A stretch of DNA of 64,000 nt from an uncultured beta proteobacterium (GCA_963707665.1 CAVPQU010000020.1:7615-71614), one strand, 5' to 3'. Positions 42,862 through 52,803 are shown, counted from the stretch's first letter. Notes: generated by a model not told the origin, from the letters alone. Numbers and translations: made by a program.

Positions 42862-43626
42862 ATGACTGGGGTGCTGACGACATCGCAAATCGAGCAATTT
42901 GCGCAACAGGGTTATCTGATTGTGCGCGGTATGGCCACGCCTGACGCGTGCGCCACCATGCGCGCGATCGCCGGCGAGCATCTGCGCGATGCGGTGGCGC
43001 CGCTGGAATATGAAGCCCAGGTCGGGTACGCCGGCGCTCCGGCCTCGCTCGATGCCCCGGGCGGGCGCACGGCGCGCCGCCTGCGCAATGCCTGGCAGCG
43101 GCACGCCTGTTTCCGTGCCTGGGGCGAGGATGCCGCGCTGGTCGGCACGGTGCGGCAATTGCTGGGCGAAGCGCCCTGCTTGACGCTGGCGCACCACAAT
43201 TGCGTGATGACCAAGCATCCGGATTTCGGCACCGCCACCGGCTGGCACCGCGACATCCGCTACTGGTCGTTTGCACGCTCCGAACTGATTTCGGTCTGGC
43301 TGGCGCTGGGACCGGAGCAGGCAAGCAACGGCGGCCTGAAATTCATTCCCGGCTCGCACCGGCTGCAAATCGGCCGTGAACGACTCGATGATCTGGATTT
43401 TCTGCGCCCCGAACTGGCGCAAAACCAGGCGTTGTTTGCGCAGCACGTGGCACCCGTATTGCAGGCGGGCGACGTCGTGTTTTTCCATAGTGGCCTGTTC
43501 CATGCCGCCGGCAGGAACGACAGCGACGCCGTCAAGCTGTCGCTGGTGTTCGCCTATCGCGGCGCGAGCAACCCAGCGCAAGCCGGCAGCAGGTCGGCGG
43601 CAGCCGGCGAGGTCTGCTTCGACTAA
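42862..43626 (+). CDS. Phytanoyl-CoA dioxygenase (PhyH) family Fe(II)/2-oxoglutarate oxygenase
   Basis: LTTSQIEQFAQQGYLIV..., TGWHRDIRYW (HxD) and FHSGLFHAAGRN. Confidence 0.75.
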   Translation: MTGVLTTSQIEQFAQQGYLIVRGMATPDACATMRAIAGEHLRDAVAPLEYEAQVGYAGAPASLDAPGGRTARRLRNAWQRHACFRAWGEDAALVGTVRQLLGEAPCLTLAHHNCVMTKHPDFGTATGWHRDIRYWSFARSELISVWLALGPEQASNGGLKFIPGSHRLQIGRERLDDLDFLRPELAQNQALFAQHVAPVLQAGDVVFFHSGLFHAAGRNDSDAVKLSLVFAYRGASNPAQAGSRSAAAGEVCFD

Positions 43627-43650
43627 GCGCCGCTACCCTTTGCAGGGCAT

Positions 43651-43710
43651 ATACTCCACTTATGGGCGGCCAATTTCGAGCGATAAATCTGGGTTTAAAC
43701 GACATACCCA
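43651..43710 (+). repeat. Bipartite ATACYCC box pair, copy e
   Basis: ATACTCC at 43651-43657 and ATACCCA at 43704-43710. AAAT at +35..38 and TTT at +44..46. Lies in the 132-bp gap between convergent genes. Confidence 0.85.
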
Positions 43711-43758
43711 TGGTTTAACCCTGAGAGAGCGCGTGGCGGCCGGCCCCAAGCCGGTCTT

Positions 43759-44217
43759 TCAAGGTTTCAGTTCGGCCTTTTGCACCGGTACGCGAAAGCC
43801 GATCACCAGCCGGTTCCAGCCATTGATGGCGACCACCGCAAAACTGAGTTCAGCGATTTCGGCCTCGGAAAAATGCGGCTGCAAGGCTTCGAACAAGTGA
43901 TCCGGCGCATGGCTGCGCGAGATGTCGGTCAGCGCTTCGGCCCAGGCCAGCGCCGCCTGTTCACGGGCGCTGAAAAACGTGGTTTCGCGCCAGACCAGCA
44001 CGCTGTTGATGCGCTGTAAATCTTCGCCCTCCGCCAGCAGCGCGCGGGTGTGCATGTCGATGCAAAAAGCGCAGCCATTGATTTGCGAGGCACGCAGGAA
44101 AACCATTTCCAGCAATTTTTTGCCGAGGCTGGACGACGCCAGCGAAGCGCTCAGCTCGCGCAAGGCTTGAAACTGTTTGGGAGCCAGGGTGGAATAGGAA
44201 AGCCGCAAAGTGGACAT
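43759..44217 (-). CDS. Carboxymuconolactone decarboxylase (AhpD-like) family protein
   Basis: LRASQINGCAFCIDMH contains the CxxC motif typical of the AhpD/CMD fold. Confidence 0.8.
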   Translation of the reverse strand: MSTLRLSYSTLAPKQFQALRELSASLASSSLGKKLLEMVFLRASQINGCAFCIDMHTRALLAEGEDLQRINSVLVWRETTFFSAREQAALAWAEALTDISRSHAPDHLFEALQPHFSEAEIAELSFAVVAINGWNRLVIGFRVPVQKAELKP

Positions 44218-44256
44218 CAAAATTCCTTTCAATCAGATGAGATGAGTACTGCAAGT

Positions 44257-44943
44257 TCAGGCATGGAACTGGCGCAGGCCATCCAGGTCGAGAATCGTGA
44301 TGCCGCCATAGTCGACTTTCAGCAAGCCGGCTTTTTCCAGCAGCTGCAGCGCCTGGTTGGCACGCTGGCGCGACGTGCCGCACAGATAGCCGATCTCTTC
44401 CTGTGAAATTTGCAACTCGCGGCCGCTGGCCGGGTTCAGGTAGGGATTGAAGAGTGCCGCCAGGCAGCAGGCGACCCGTGCATCCGGCTCCAGCATGCGG
44501 TCGTATTCGACCACCGAAATGAAAAAAGCCAGCCGCTCGTTCAATTGGCGCAGCAAAAAATGGTTGAAGCTGATGCTGTTGTCGAGCAGCCATTGAAAGG
44601 TGGCGCGCGGCATGAAGCCGACCCGGCTTTCGCGCAAGGCCACCACGTCGTATTTGAACGGGTCGGTCTTCAACAGCGAGCCTTCGCCAAACCAGCCGCC
44701 GGCGAGCAAGCCGGTAAATGTCACGGTCTTGCCGGCCGGCGAAACGCTGCTCATTTTCAGCAAGCCTTCATCGACGCCGATCCAGTGTTCGACCGGCTCG
44801 CCCTTGCGCACCACGTAGGCGCCGGCCGGTACCGTGCGCTGCACCAGTTCTGCTTCGACCCGGGCCAGTTGATCCGGATTCAGCGAGCGTGCCCAGATGC
44901 TCTTGTCGAGCATGTCTTGAATTGAAGTTTTGGATGCGCTCAT
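44257..44943 (-). CDS. Crp/Fnr family transcriptional regulator
   Basis: cNMP-binding-like N-terminus (..GWFGEGSLL..) and C-terminal HTH (ISQEEIGYLCGTSRQRANQALQLLEKAGLL). Confidence 0.8.
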   Translation of the reverse strand: MSASKTSIQDMLDKSIWARSLNPDQLARVEAELVQRTVPAGAYVVRKGEPVEHWIGVDEGLLKMSSVSPAGKTVTFTGLLAGGWFGEGSLLKTDPFKYDVVALRESRVGFMPRATFQWLLDNSISFNHFLLRQLNERLAFFISVVEYDRMLEPDARVACCLAALFNPYLNPASGRELQISQEEIGYLCGTSRQRANQALQLLEKAGLLKVDYGGITILDLDGLRQFHA

Positions 44944-45116
44944 GGTGCGATGCAATATCGAAAATCGGCAAATTGTCCTTCAAATGACATCTATGGCAGA
45001 TGACAGCGATTACTATCATCGCATAAACGCGCCAGGCGCCTGCACACAGCAGGCAGCCTCGGCCAGCCGCACGACCGGCGCTGGCGACGGAACACCGTTA
45101 CCAATTACAAGAGGGC

Positions 45117-47090
45117 ATGATGGCGGAGACCACACACGCTTCGGAGTCGGAGACATTCCCCCGGCTGCTGTTGCAACATGCGCGGGTGCGCCCGCATAAG
45201 CCGGCCTTTCGCGAAAAGGACCTGGGCATCTGGCAAACCGCCGACTGGGCGCAGGTCGCGGCCGAAGTGCGCGCGCTGGCCTGCGGCCTGGCGGCGCTCG
45301 GTTTCAAGCGCGGCATGAACCTGGCGGTGGTCGGCGACAACCGGCCGCGCCTGTACTGGGCGATGGCGGCCGCGCAATGCCTGGGCGGGGTGCCGATTCC
45401 GCTGTACCAGGATGCGCCCGCGGCCGACATGGGCTATGTGCTGGATGATGCCGAAATCGACTTTGCGGTGGTCGAGGATCAGGAACAGGTCGACAAGCTG
45501 TTCGAGATCAAGGACACCATGCCGCATCTGAGCGCGCGGCTGCAACACATCATTTTCGAGGACCCGCGCGGCATGCGCCGCTACACGCAGCCGGAACTGA
45601 CTTCCTACGAAAAGGTACAGGAGCTGGGACGCGCCTACGACCGCGCCCACCCCGATTTCTTCATGAGCGAGGTCAACGCCGGCCAGCCGGACGACATCGC
45701 CATCATGCTGTATACCTCCGGCACTACCGGCAAGCCGAAAGGCGTCTGCATGGCGCATCGCGCGGTGATCGACCGCGCCCGCGCCGGCGCCGAGATGGAA
45801 GGCTTGACCGATGCCGACACCATCCTGAGCTACCTGCCGATGGCCTGGGTCGGCGATAACCTGTTCTCGTATGCGCAGGGCTTCGTCACCGGCTTCACGG
45901 TCAATTGCCCGGAATCCTCCGACACCGTGATGAACGACCTGCGCGAAATCGGCCCGACCTATTATTTCGCACCGCCGCGCGTGTTCGAAAACATGCTGAC
46001 CACGGTCATGATCCGGATGGAAGACGCCAGCGCGATCAAGCGCAAGATGTTCCATGCCTTCATGGCGGTGGCGCACAAGGTCGGTCCCGACATCCTCGAT
46101 GGCAAGCCGGTTGGCCTGTTCGACCGCGCCAGGTACGCGCTCGGCAATCTGCTGGTGTACGGGCCGCTCCGAAACGTCCTGGGCATGAGCCGCATCCGGG
46201 TCGGCTATACCGCCGGCGAGGCGATCGGGCCCGACCTGTTTTCGTTCTATCGTTCGATCGGCATCAACCTGAAGCAGTTGTACGGCTCGACCGAGGTGTG
46301 CGTGTTCGCCTGCATCCAGCCCAACGGCCAGGTCAAGGCCGATACCGTCGGCCCGCCCGCGCACGGCGTTGAAATCAAGATCAGCGACGCCGGCGAAGTG
46401 CTGATCAAGTCGCCCGGCATGTTCGCCGGCTACTACAAGCGGCCGGAGGCGACTGCCGAAGCCTTCGATGCCGATGGCTGGTACCTGACCGGCGACGCCG
46501 GCTTCTTCGATGCCGACGGCCACCTGAAGATCATCGACCGCGCCAAGGACGTCGGCAAGCTGGCTTCCGGCGCCATGTTCGCGCCCAAGTACATTGAAAA
46601 CAAGCTGAAGTTCTTCCCCTTCATCAAGGAAGCGGTGTCCTTCGGCAATGCGCGCGAGCAGTGCACCGCGTTCATCAACATCGACATCGAAGCGGTCGGC
46701 AACTGGGCCGAACGGCGCGGCATCGCCTATTCCGGCTATACCGACCTGGCGCAGCAAAAGCCGGTATACGACCTGATCGCCGAATGCGTGGAAAAGGTCA
46801 ATCTCGACCTGTCCGCTGACCCACTGCTGGCCGACTCGCAAATCCACCGCTTCCTGATCCTGCACAAGGAACTCGACCCGGACGATGATGAGCTGACCCG
46901 CACGCGCAAGGTGCGGCGCGGCTTCATCGAACAGAAGTACGCGATCCTGATCGAGGCGCTGTATGGCGGCAAGAGTTCGCAATACATCGAAACCCAGGTG
47001 AAATTCGAGGACGGGCGGCAGGGCATGGTGGCCGCCGACCTGAAGATTCGCGATACCAAGACCTTTGCCGGGCTGCGTCAGGCAGCCTGA
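45117..47090 (+). CDS. AMP-dependent acyl-CoA synthetase/ligase (long-chain-fatty-acid--CoA ligase-like)
   Basis: MLYTSGTTGKPKGV AMP-binding motif, 657 aa, heading a Liv-type ABC operon. Confidence 0.85.
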   Translation: MMAETTHASESETFPRLLLQHARVRPHKPAFREKDLGIWQTADWAQVAAEVRALACGLAALGFKRGMNLAVVGDNRPRLYWAMAAAQCLGGVPIPLYQDAPAADMGYVLDDAEIDFAVVEDQEQVDKLFEIKDTMPHLSARLQHIIFEDPRGMRRYTQPELTSYEKVQELGRAYDRAHPDFFMSEVNAGQPDDIAIMLYTSGTTGKPKGVCMAHRAVIDRARAGAEMEGLTDADTILSYLPMAWVGDNLFSYAQGFVTGFTVNCPESSDTVMNDLREIGPTYYFAPPRVFENMLTTVMIRMEDASAIKRKMFHAFMAVAHKVGPDILDGKPVGLFDRARYALGNLLVYGPLRNVLGMSRIRVGYTAGEAIGPDLFSFYRSIGINLKQLYGSTEVCVFACIQPNGQVKADTVGPPAHGVEIKISDAGEVLIKSPGMFAGYYKRPEATAEAFDADGWYLTGDAGFFDADGHLKIIDRAKDVGKLASGAMFAPKYIENKLKFFPFIKEAVSFGNAREQCTAFINIDIEAVGNWAERRGIAYSGYTDLAQQKPVYDLIAECVEKVNLDLSADPLLADSQIHRFLILHKELDPDDDELTRTRKVRRGFIEQKYAILIEALYGGKSSQYIETQVKFEDGRQGMVAADLKIRDTKTFAGLRQAA

Positions 47091-47109
47091 CCGGACACCG
47101 AGTTTTCTT

Positions 47110-47898
47110 ATGACAGACAAGCGACAAATCGGCGACGTCATCCTCGACCTGCAAAACATTTCGCTGGCATTCGGCGGCGTCAAGGCGTTGACCGACATTT
47201 CCTTCGACGTCCGCCAGCACGAGATCCGCGCCATCATCGGCCCCAACGGCGCCGGCAAGAGCTCGATGCTGAACGTGATCAACGGCGTCTATCACCCGCA
47301 GCAGGGCGGCATCGTATTTCACGGCGAAACGCGGCGCCAGATGAACCCGACCAAGGTGGCGCGGCAAGGCATCGCCCGCACCTTCCAGAACATCGCCCTG
47401 TTCAAGGGCATGACGGTGCTGGACAACATCATGACCGGGCGGAATACCAAGATGCGTTCCGGCTTCCTGGCCAATGCGCTGTGGTGGGGGCCGGCGCGCA
47501 ACGAAGAAATCGCGCACCGCAAGGTGGTGGAAGAAGTGATCGACTTCCTGGAAATCCAGCACATCCGCAAGGTGCCGGTCGGACGCCTGGCCTATGGTCT
47601 GCAAAAACGGGTCGAGCTGGCGCGTGCGCTGGCGGCCGAGCCGAGCATGCTGCTGCTGGACGAGCCGATGGCTGGCATGAACGTCGAGGAAAAGCAGGAC
47701 ATGTGCCGCTTCATCCTGGATGTGAACGACCAGTTCGGCACCACCATCGTCCTGATCGAGCACGACATGGGCGTGGTGATGGACATTTCCGACCGCGTGG
47801 TGGTGCTGGATTACGGCAAAAAAATTGGCGACGGCACGCCGGATGAAGTGATGAACAATCCCGAGGTGATCAAGGCCTACCTCGGCACCACGCACTAA
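47110..47898 (+). CDS. Branched-chain-amino-acid-type ABC transporter ATP-binding protein (LivG-like)
   Basis: GPNGAGKSS Walker A, LAYGLQKRVELARAL, and LLLDEPMAGM. Confidence 0.85.
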   Translation: MTDKRQIGDVILDLQNISLAFGGVKALTDISFDVRQHEIRAIIGPNGAGKSSMLNVINGVYHPQQGGIVFHGETRRQMNPTKVARQGIARTFQNIALFKGMTVLDNIMTGRNTKMRSGFLANALWWGPARNEEIAHRKVVEEVIDFLEIQHIRKVPVGRLAYGLQKRVELARALAAEPSMLLLDEPMAGMNVEEKQDMCRFILDVNDQFGTTIVLIEHDMGVVMDISDRVVVLDYGKKIGDGTPDEVMNNPEVIKAYLGTTH

Positions 47899-47910
47899 GG
47901 GAATCGAACC

Positions 47911-48825
47911 ATGCAATTTTTCTTCGAAGTGGCGATCAGCGGCCTGCTGTCGGGCCTGATGTACTCGCTGGTCGCGCTCGGCTTCGTGCTGATCTACAAG
48001 GCGTCCGGCGTGTTCAACTTCGCCCAGGGCGCGATGGTGTATTTCGCCGCGCTGGCGGTGGTCGGTCTGATGGACAAGGGCATGCCGATGTGGGCGGCGA
48101 TCATCGGTTCGTTCCTGGTGATGTTGGTGCTGGGACTGGCGACCGAACGTTTCGTCTTGCGCAAGCTGGTCAACCAGCCGGAAATCACGCTCTTCATGGC
48201 CACCATCGGCCTGACCTTCTTCCTCGAAGGCTTGGGACCAATGCTGTTCGGCAATGAAATCCGGCCGATCGACCTCGGCATCGTCGACGAGCCGATCATG
48301 AGCATCATGGACAGCGTCGGCATCGGCATTTCCAAGTTCGACTTGTTCGCCTCCGGCACCATCATCATGCTGGTCATCCTGCTGGCGATCTTCTTCCAGA
48401 AAACCAAGGTCGGGCGCGCGCTGCGGGCAGTGGCCGACGACCACCAGGCCGCGCTCTCGCTCGGCATTCCGCTGCAGCACATCTGGGCCATCGTCTGGGG
48501 CCTGGCCGGCTTCGTCGCGCTGGTCGCCGGCCTGTTGTGGGGCTCGCGCAACGGCGTCCAGTTCGCGCTGACCATGACCGCACTGAAGGCGCTGCCGGTC
48601 TTGATCCTGGGCGGCTTCACCTCGATCCCGGGCGCCATCGTCGGCGGCCTGATCATCGGCGCTTCGGAAAAACTGGCGGAAATCTATATTCCGCCGGTGA
48701 TGCAGGATTGGTTCGGCGGCAACTTCGGCGGCATCGAAGGCTGGTTCCCGTACGTGTTCGCGCTGCTGTTTCTGCTGGTGCGGCCGGAAGGGTTGTTTGG
48801 CGAGAAGCATATTGACCGGGTGTAG
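47911..48825 (+). CDS. Branched-chain-amino-acid-type ABC permease (LivH-like)
   Basis: MQFFFEVAISGLLSGLMYSLVALGFVLIYKASGVFNFAQGAM is a typical LivH N-terminus. Confidence 0.85.
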   Translation: MQFFFEVAISGLLSGLMYSLVALGFVLIYKASGVFNFAQGAMVYFAALAVVGLMDKGMPMWAAIIGSFLVMLVLGLATERFVLRKLVNQPEITLFMATIGLTFFLEGLGPMLFGNEIRPIDLGIVDEPIMSIMDSVGIGISKFDLFASGTIIMLVILLAIFFQKTKVGRALRAVADDHQAALSLGIPLQHIWAIVWGLAGFVALVAGLLWGSRNGVQFALTMTALKALPVLILGGFTSIPGAIVGGLIIGASEKLAEIYIPPVMQDWFGGNFGGIEGWFPYVFALLFLLVRPEGLFGEKHIDRV

Positions 48826-48880
48826 CGCCGCCGGTTTTGAAGTTGCTTTTGAATTTGATGCATCCCCGCTTGGGACGCTG

Positions 48881-48975
48881 CCGTTTGTGCGGGGCAGAAA
48901 ATGGATCAGAAACGAAACATGTCTGAGCGCAGCGAGTTGGTTTCGTTTCCCATTTTTTGTCCTGCACAAACGGGG
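48881..48975. repeat. Long imperfect palindrome (arms of about 34-38 nt, 21-nt loop)
   Basis: CCGTTTGTGCGGGGCAGAAAATGGATCAGAAACGAAAC...GTTTCGTTTCCCATTTTTTGTCCTGCACAAACGG. The arms are complementary apart from a few indels. Confidence 0.75.
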
Positions 48976-49011
48976 AGCCGAAGGCCAGCGTCTTGCGGTC
49001 GTCTTTCTTTG

Positions 49012-49043
49012 CTTACTTTCTTTGACGAAGCAAAGAAAGTAAG
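49012..49043. repeat. Perfect 13-bp-stem hairpin
   Basis: CTTACTTTCTTTG-acgaag-CAAAGAAAGTAAG. Confidence 0.85.
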
Positions 49044-49113
49044 TAGCTGCCGGGCTACCCCCGGCTAGTCACCAGAAGTGGCAATCGGATTACTTAGCTA
49101 CAAACGCCGCTGG

Positions 49114-49137
49114 GTTCCCGCCTAAACCCGCGGGAAC
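49114..49137. repeat. REP-like palindrome (GTTCCCGC...GCGGGAAC)
   Basis: GTTCCCGC-ctaaaccc-GCGGGAAC. The stem family matches the elements at 52744 and 52804. Confidence 0.75.
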
Positions 49138-49227
49138 GACAGATTAGAAAATTTGCACATAAGTGACAGTTAGCCGCAGCCAGCAAAGCTAACCAGCCAT
49201 ATAAAAGAACGCTCAGGAGACGATTCA

Positions 49228-50304
49228 ATGCTTTACCGCGAAGCCGGCCAGTTCAAGACGACCTACCTCGCCGACAGCCAGATATTCCCGATCCGGCAAG
49301 ACCGCATCGGCATGGCCATCGTGCTCGCCATCGCCTTCCTCGTCATCCCCGCTTTCGGCAGCGAATACTGGTTTTCGGCGATCCTGATCCCGTTCCTGGT
49401 GCTGGCGCTGGCCGCGCTCGGCCTGAACATCCTGACCGGCTATGCCGGCCAGCTGTCGCTCGGCACCGCCGCCTTCATGGCGGTCGGCGCCTATGCCGCC
49501 TACAACTTCCAGCTGCGCATCGAAGGTATTCCGATCCTGCTGTCGTTCATCCTGGCCGGCCTGTGCGCGGCCGGGGTTGGCGTGCTGTTCGGCTTGCCGT
49601 CGCTGCGCATCAAGGGCTTCTACCTGGCGGTGGCGACGCTGGCCGCGCAGTTCTTCGTGGTCTGGGTGCTGACCAAGTTTTCCTGGTTTTCCAACCATAG
49701 CTCGTCGGGCGTGATCAGCGCGCAGAAGGTGGAGATTTTCGGCTACCCGATCGACACGCCGATGAGCAAGTATCTGTTCGTGCTGGCCATCGTCTGCGTG
49801 ATGGCGCTGCTGGCGAAAAACCTGGTGCGCTCGAATACCGGGCGCGCCTGGATGGCGGTGCGCGACATGGACGTGGCGGCGGAAGTGATCGGCATCCCGC
49901 TGATGAAGACCAAGCTGATGGCGTTCGCGGTCAGCTCGTTTTATTGCGGCGTGGCTGGCGCCCTGTATGCGTTCTGCTATCTCGGCTCGGTGGAACCGGA
50001 CGGCTTTTCGCTCGACCTGTCGTTTCGCATCCTGTTCATGATCATCGTCGGCGGCGTCGGCAGCATCCTTGGCGCCTTCCTCGGCTCGGCCTTCATCCTG
50101 CTGGTGCCGATCCTGCTCGACAACTTCCTGCCGCCGCTGGCTGCCCTGCTGAACCTGCCGTTCACCAACGCCGACGTCTCGCATATCCAGATGATGGTGT
50201 TTGGTGCCCTGATCATCTTCTTTTTGATAGTCGAACCACACGGGTTGGCGCGCCTGTGGCAGATCACCAAGGAAAAACTGCGCCTGTGGCCGTTCCCGCA
50301 TTGA
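49228..50304 (+). CDS. Branched-chain-amino-acid-type ABC permease (LivM-like)
   Basis: 358-aa polytopic membrane protein containing GYAGQLSLGTAAFMAVGAY. Confidence 0.85.
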   Translation: MLYREAGQFKTTYLADSQIFPIRQDRIGMAIVLAIAFLVIPAFGSEYWFSAILIPFLVLALAALGLNILTGYAGQLSLGTAAFMAVGAYAAYNFQLRIEGIPILLSFILAGLCAAGVGVLFGLPSLRIKGFYLAVATLAAQFFVVWVLTKFSWFSNHSSSGVISAQKVEIFGYPIDTPMSKYLFVLAIVCVMALLAKNLVRSNTGRAWMAVRDMDVAAEVIGIPLMKTKLMAFAVSSFYCGVAGALYAFCYLGSVEPDGFSLDLSFRILFMIIVGGVGSILGAFLGSAFILLVPILLDNFLPPLAALLNLPFTNADVSHIQMMVFGALIIFFLIVEPHGLARLWQITKEKLRLWPFPH

Positions 50305-50380
50305 GATGCGCATGGACATCATTTCATCTGGTAGTAGGTCGTGTGCTGTAGCTGTTCAACGAATATAAAGGAGACATATC

Positions 50381-51704
50381 TTGAAACTGATCAAACAACT
50401 CACGCTGTCCGCCGTGGCCGCTTGCGCGCTGCTGGGAGCGGTCGGCCAGGCGCTGGCGCAAGCCAACGAGCAATTCGTCGCGCTGCCCAGCTACCGGGTC
50501 GGCCCGTACGCCGCCAACGGTACCGCCTGGTACGGCGGTTTCATTGATTACATGAACTACGTCAACCTGAAGGACGGTGGCATCAACGGCGTCAAGCTGG
50601 CCTGGGAAGAATGCGAAACCGAGTACAACAACGCCAAGGGTGTCGAGTGCTATGAACGCCTGAAAGCCAAGGATCCGGTGGCGCATGGCACCGCCTTCAA
50701 CGTGATGTCGACCGGCATTGCCTATGCGCTTGATCGACAAGTCGGTGCAGGACAAGGTGCCGCTGATGATGGCCGGCTATGGCCGTACCGACGCGGTCGA
50801 CGGCTCGGTATTCCCATGGGCCTTCCCGCTGGTGACCACCTATCAGATGCAGATTTCCGCGATCGTCAAATACCTGGCATCGAAGAACAAGGATTCGCTG
50901 GCCGGCAAGAAAATCGTCTATCTGTATCACGACTCGGCCTATGGCAAGGAACCGATCATCGCGCTGGAAGCCGAAGCGACGCTGCGCAAATTCAGCGTGG
51001 TGCAGATTCCGGTCGCGCACCCGGGCAACGAGCAGGGCGCGCAATGGCTGAAGATCCGCCAGGAAAAGCCGGATTACGTGATTTTCTGGGGTTGGGGTGT
51101 GATGAATCCGACCGCGCTGAAGGCGGCGCAAAAAGTCGGCTATCCGCGTGACCAGATCATCGGTTCCTGGTGGGCCGGTTCGGAAGAAGACACGGTACCG
51201 GCCGGTCCCGCCGCCAAGGGTTACATGAGCGCCACCTGGAACGTCGCCGGCACCACGCCGCCGGCGATCGCCGACATCGAGAAAGTGGTGTACGGCGCCG
51301 GCAAGGGCAACCTGCAGGACAAGAGCAAGGTCGGCTCGGCGCTCTACAACCGCGGCGTTTCGATCGCGATCATCACGGTGGAAGCGATCCGCAATGCGCA
51401 GGCCAAGTTCGGCAAGGGCAAGGTCATCACCGGCGAGCAGATGCGCTGGGCGCTGGAAAACCTCGACATGAACAATGCCCGCCTGAAGCAGCTCGGCGCC
51501 ACCGGCCTGCTGCCTGAAATCAAGACTTCCTGCCAGAACCACGAAGGCTCGGGCAAGGTCAAGATCCAGCAATGGGATGGCAGCAAGTGGGTCATCATTT
51601 CCGACTGGATGGAAGGCAACAAGGCGCTGATTCACCCGCTGTTCCAGGCCAACGCCGCCAAGTATGCGAAAGAAAAGGGCATTACCCCGGGCTGCCTGCA
51701 GTAA
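50381..51704 (+). pseudogene. ABC transporter substrate-binding protein (LivK-type), one frame disruption
   Basis: TTG start with AAGGAGA RBS and a signal peptide. The reading frame changes at about 50732, from ...STGIAYAL to IDKSVQDKVPLMMAGYGR.... An extra g after CTT would explain it. Confidence 0.8.
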
Positions 51705-51809
51705 TTGCTGCAACCTCGCCGTCCGTGGTGCGCGCCACGGACGGTTTTTCGGTGGCGACTGATCCCCCGCAGCCGCCACCGAAAAACCGCCATGGATAGT
51801 TTCATCGAT

Positions 51810-51870
51810 GGAGTATATGGATAAACCGGCCATTTCATGTCCGGTATCAGCCAGTTGTTATCAGGAGTAT
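51810..51870 (-). repeat. Bipartite ATACYCC box pair, copy f (minus orientation, 54-bp spacing)
   Basis: GGAGTAT at 51810-51816 and 51864-51870 on the plus strand, which is ATACTCC twice on the minus strand. The box at 51864 doubles as the GGAG Shine-Dalgarno of the next gene (ATG 51875). Confidence 0.75.
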
Positions 51871-51874
51871 ATGA

Positions 51875-52729
51875 ATGGAAGCTGGATTGTCGCGGCCCGC
51901 GCCGGCACTTTCGAGCAGCGCGGCCCAGAGCGCCGCGCTCAGCATCAACAACATCGAAGTCATTTACGACCACGTGATCCTGGTCCTGAAAGGCGTGTCG
52001 CTGCAAGTCCCGGCCGGCAAGATCGTCGCCCTGCTGGGTGCCAACGGCGCCGGCAAGAGCACGACCTTGAAAGCGGTGTCGAATCTGTTGCGCGCCGAGC
52101 GCGGCGATGTCAGCAAGGGCAATATCGAATTTCACGGCGAACGGGTCGACCAGCTGACGCCGAACGACCTGGTCAAGCGCGGCGTGATCCAGGTGATGGA
52201 AGGGCGGCACTGTTTCGCCCATTTGTCGATCGAAGACAATTTGCTGACCGGAGCCTACACGCGCCAGATCAGCCACGCCGAGGTACGTCACGAACTGGAA
52301 AAAATCTACACCTACTTCCCGCGCCTGAAGGTGCGGCGCAAGTCGCAGGCCGGCTACACCTCGGGCGGCGAACAGCAGATGTGCGCGATCGGCCGCGCGC
52401 TGATGGCGCAGCCGTCGATGGTGCTGCTGGACGAGCCGTCGATGGGGCTGGCGCCGCAATTGGTGGAAGAGATTTTCGAGATCGTCAAAAACCTGAACCA
52501 GAAAGAAAAGGTGTCGTTCCTGCTGGCCGAGCAAAACACCATGGTGGCACTGCGCTATGCCGACTTCGGCTACATCCTGGAAAACGGCCGCGTCGTGATG
52601 GAAGGTGCCGCCTCCGAACTGGCCAATAACGAAGACGTGAAAGAGTTTTACCTGGGCGTTTCCGGCGGCGACCGCAAGAGTTTTCGCGACATGAAGTTCT
52701 ATCGCCGCCGCAAGCGCTGGCTGGCCTGA
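51875..52729 (+). CDS. Branched-chain-amino-acid-type ABC transporter ATP-binding protein (LivF-like)
   Basis: GANGAGKSTT Walker A, TSGGEQQMCAIGRAL, and VLLDEPSMGLAP. Confidence 0.85.
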   Translation: MEAGLSRPAPALSSSAAQSAALSINNIEVIYDHVILVLKGVSLQVPAGKIVALLGANGAGKSTTLKAVSNLLRAERGDVSKGNIEFHGERVDQLTPNDLVKRGVIQVMEGRHCFAHLSIEDNLLTGAYTRQISHAEVRHELEKIYTYFPRLKVRRKSQAGYTSGGEQQMCAIGRALMAQPSMVLLDEPSMGLAPQLVEEIFEIVKNLNQKEKVSFLLAEQNTMVALRYADFGYILENGRVVMEGAASELANNEDVKEFYLGVSGGDRKSFRDMKFYRRRKRWLA

Positions 52730-52743
52730 CGCGGCGCTGGTCG

Positions 52744-52774
52744 TTCCCGCGTAGGCGGGAATGCATGCATTCCC
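52744..52774. repeat. REP-like element with overlapping alternative palindromes
   Basis: TTCCCGC-gtag-GCGGGAA overlapping the perfect 18-nt palindrome GGGAATGCATGCATTCCC. Confidence 0.8.
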
Positions 52775-52803
52775 CCTAGCGTCGTTCAGCGCCACGTCAC
52801 TGG

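Noticed and set aside
44952-45020. A possible ninth, degenerate bipartite element (ATATCGA ... ATTACTA about 54 bp apart) in the Crp/acyl-CoA ligase intergenic region.
   Set aside because: Both boxes deviate at several positions, and the internal AAAT/TTT phasing is not in register.
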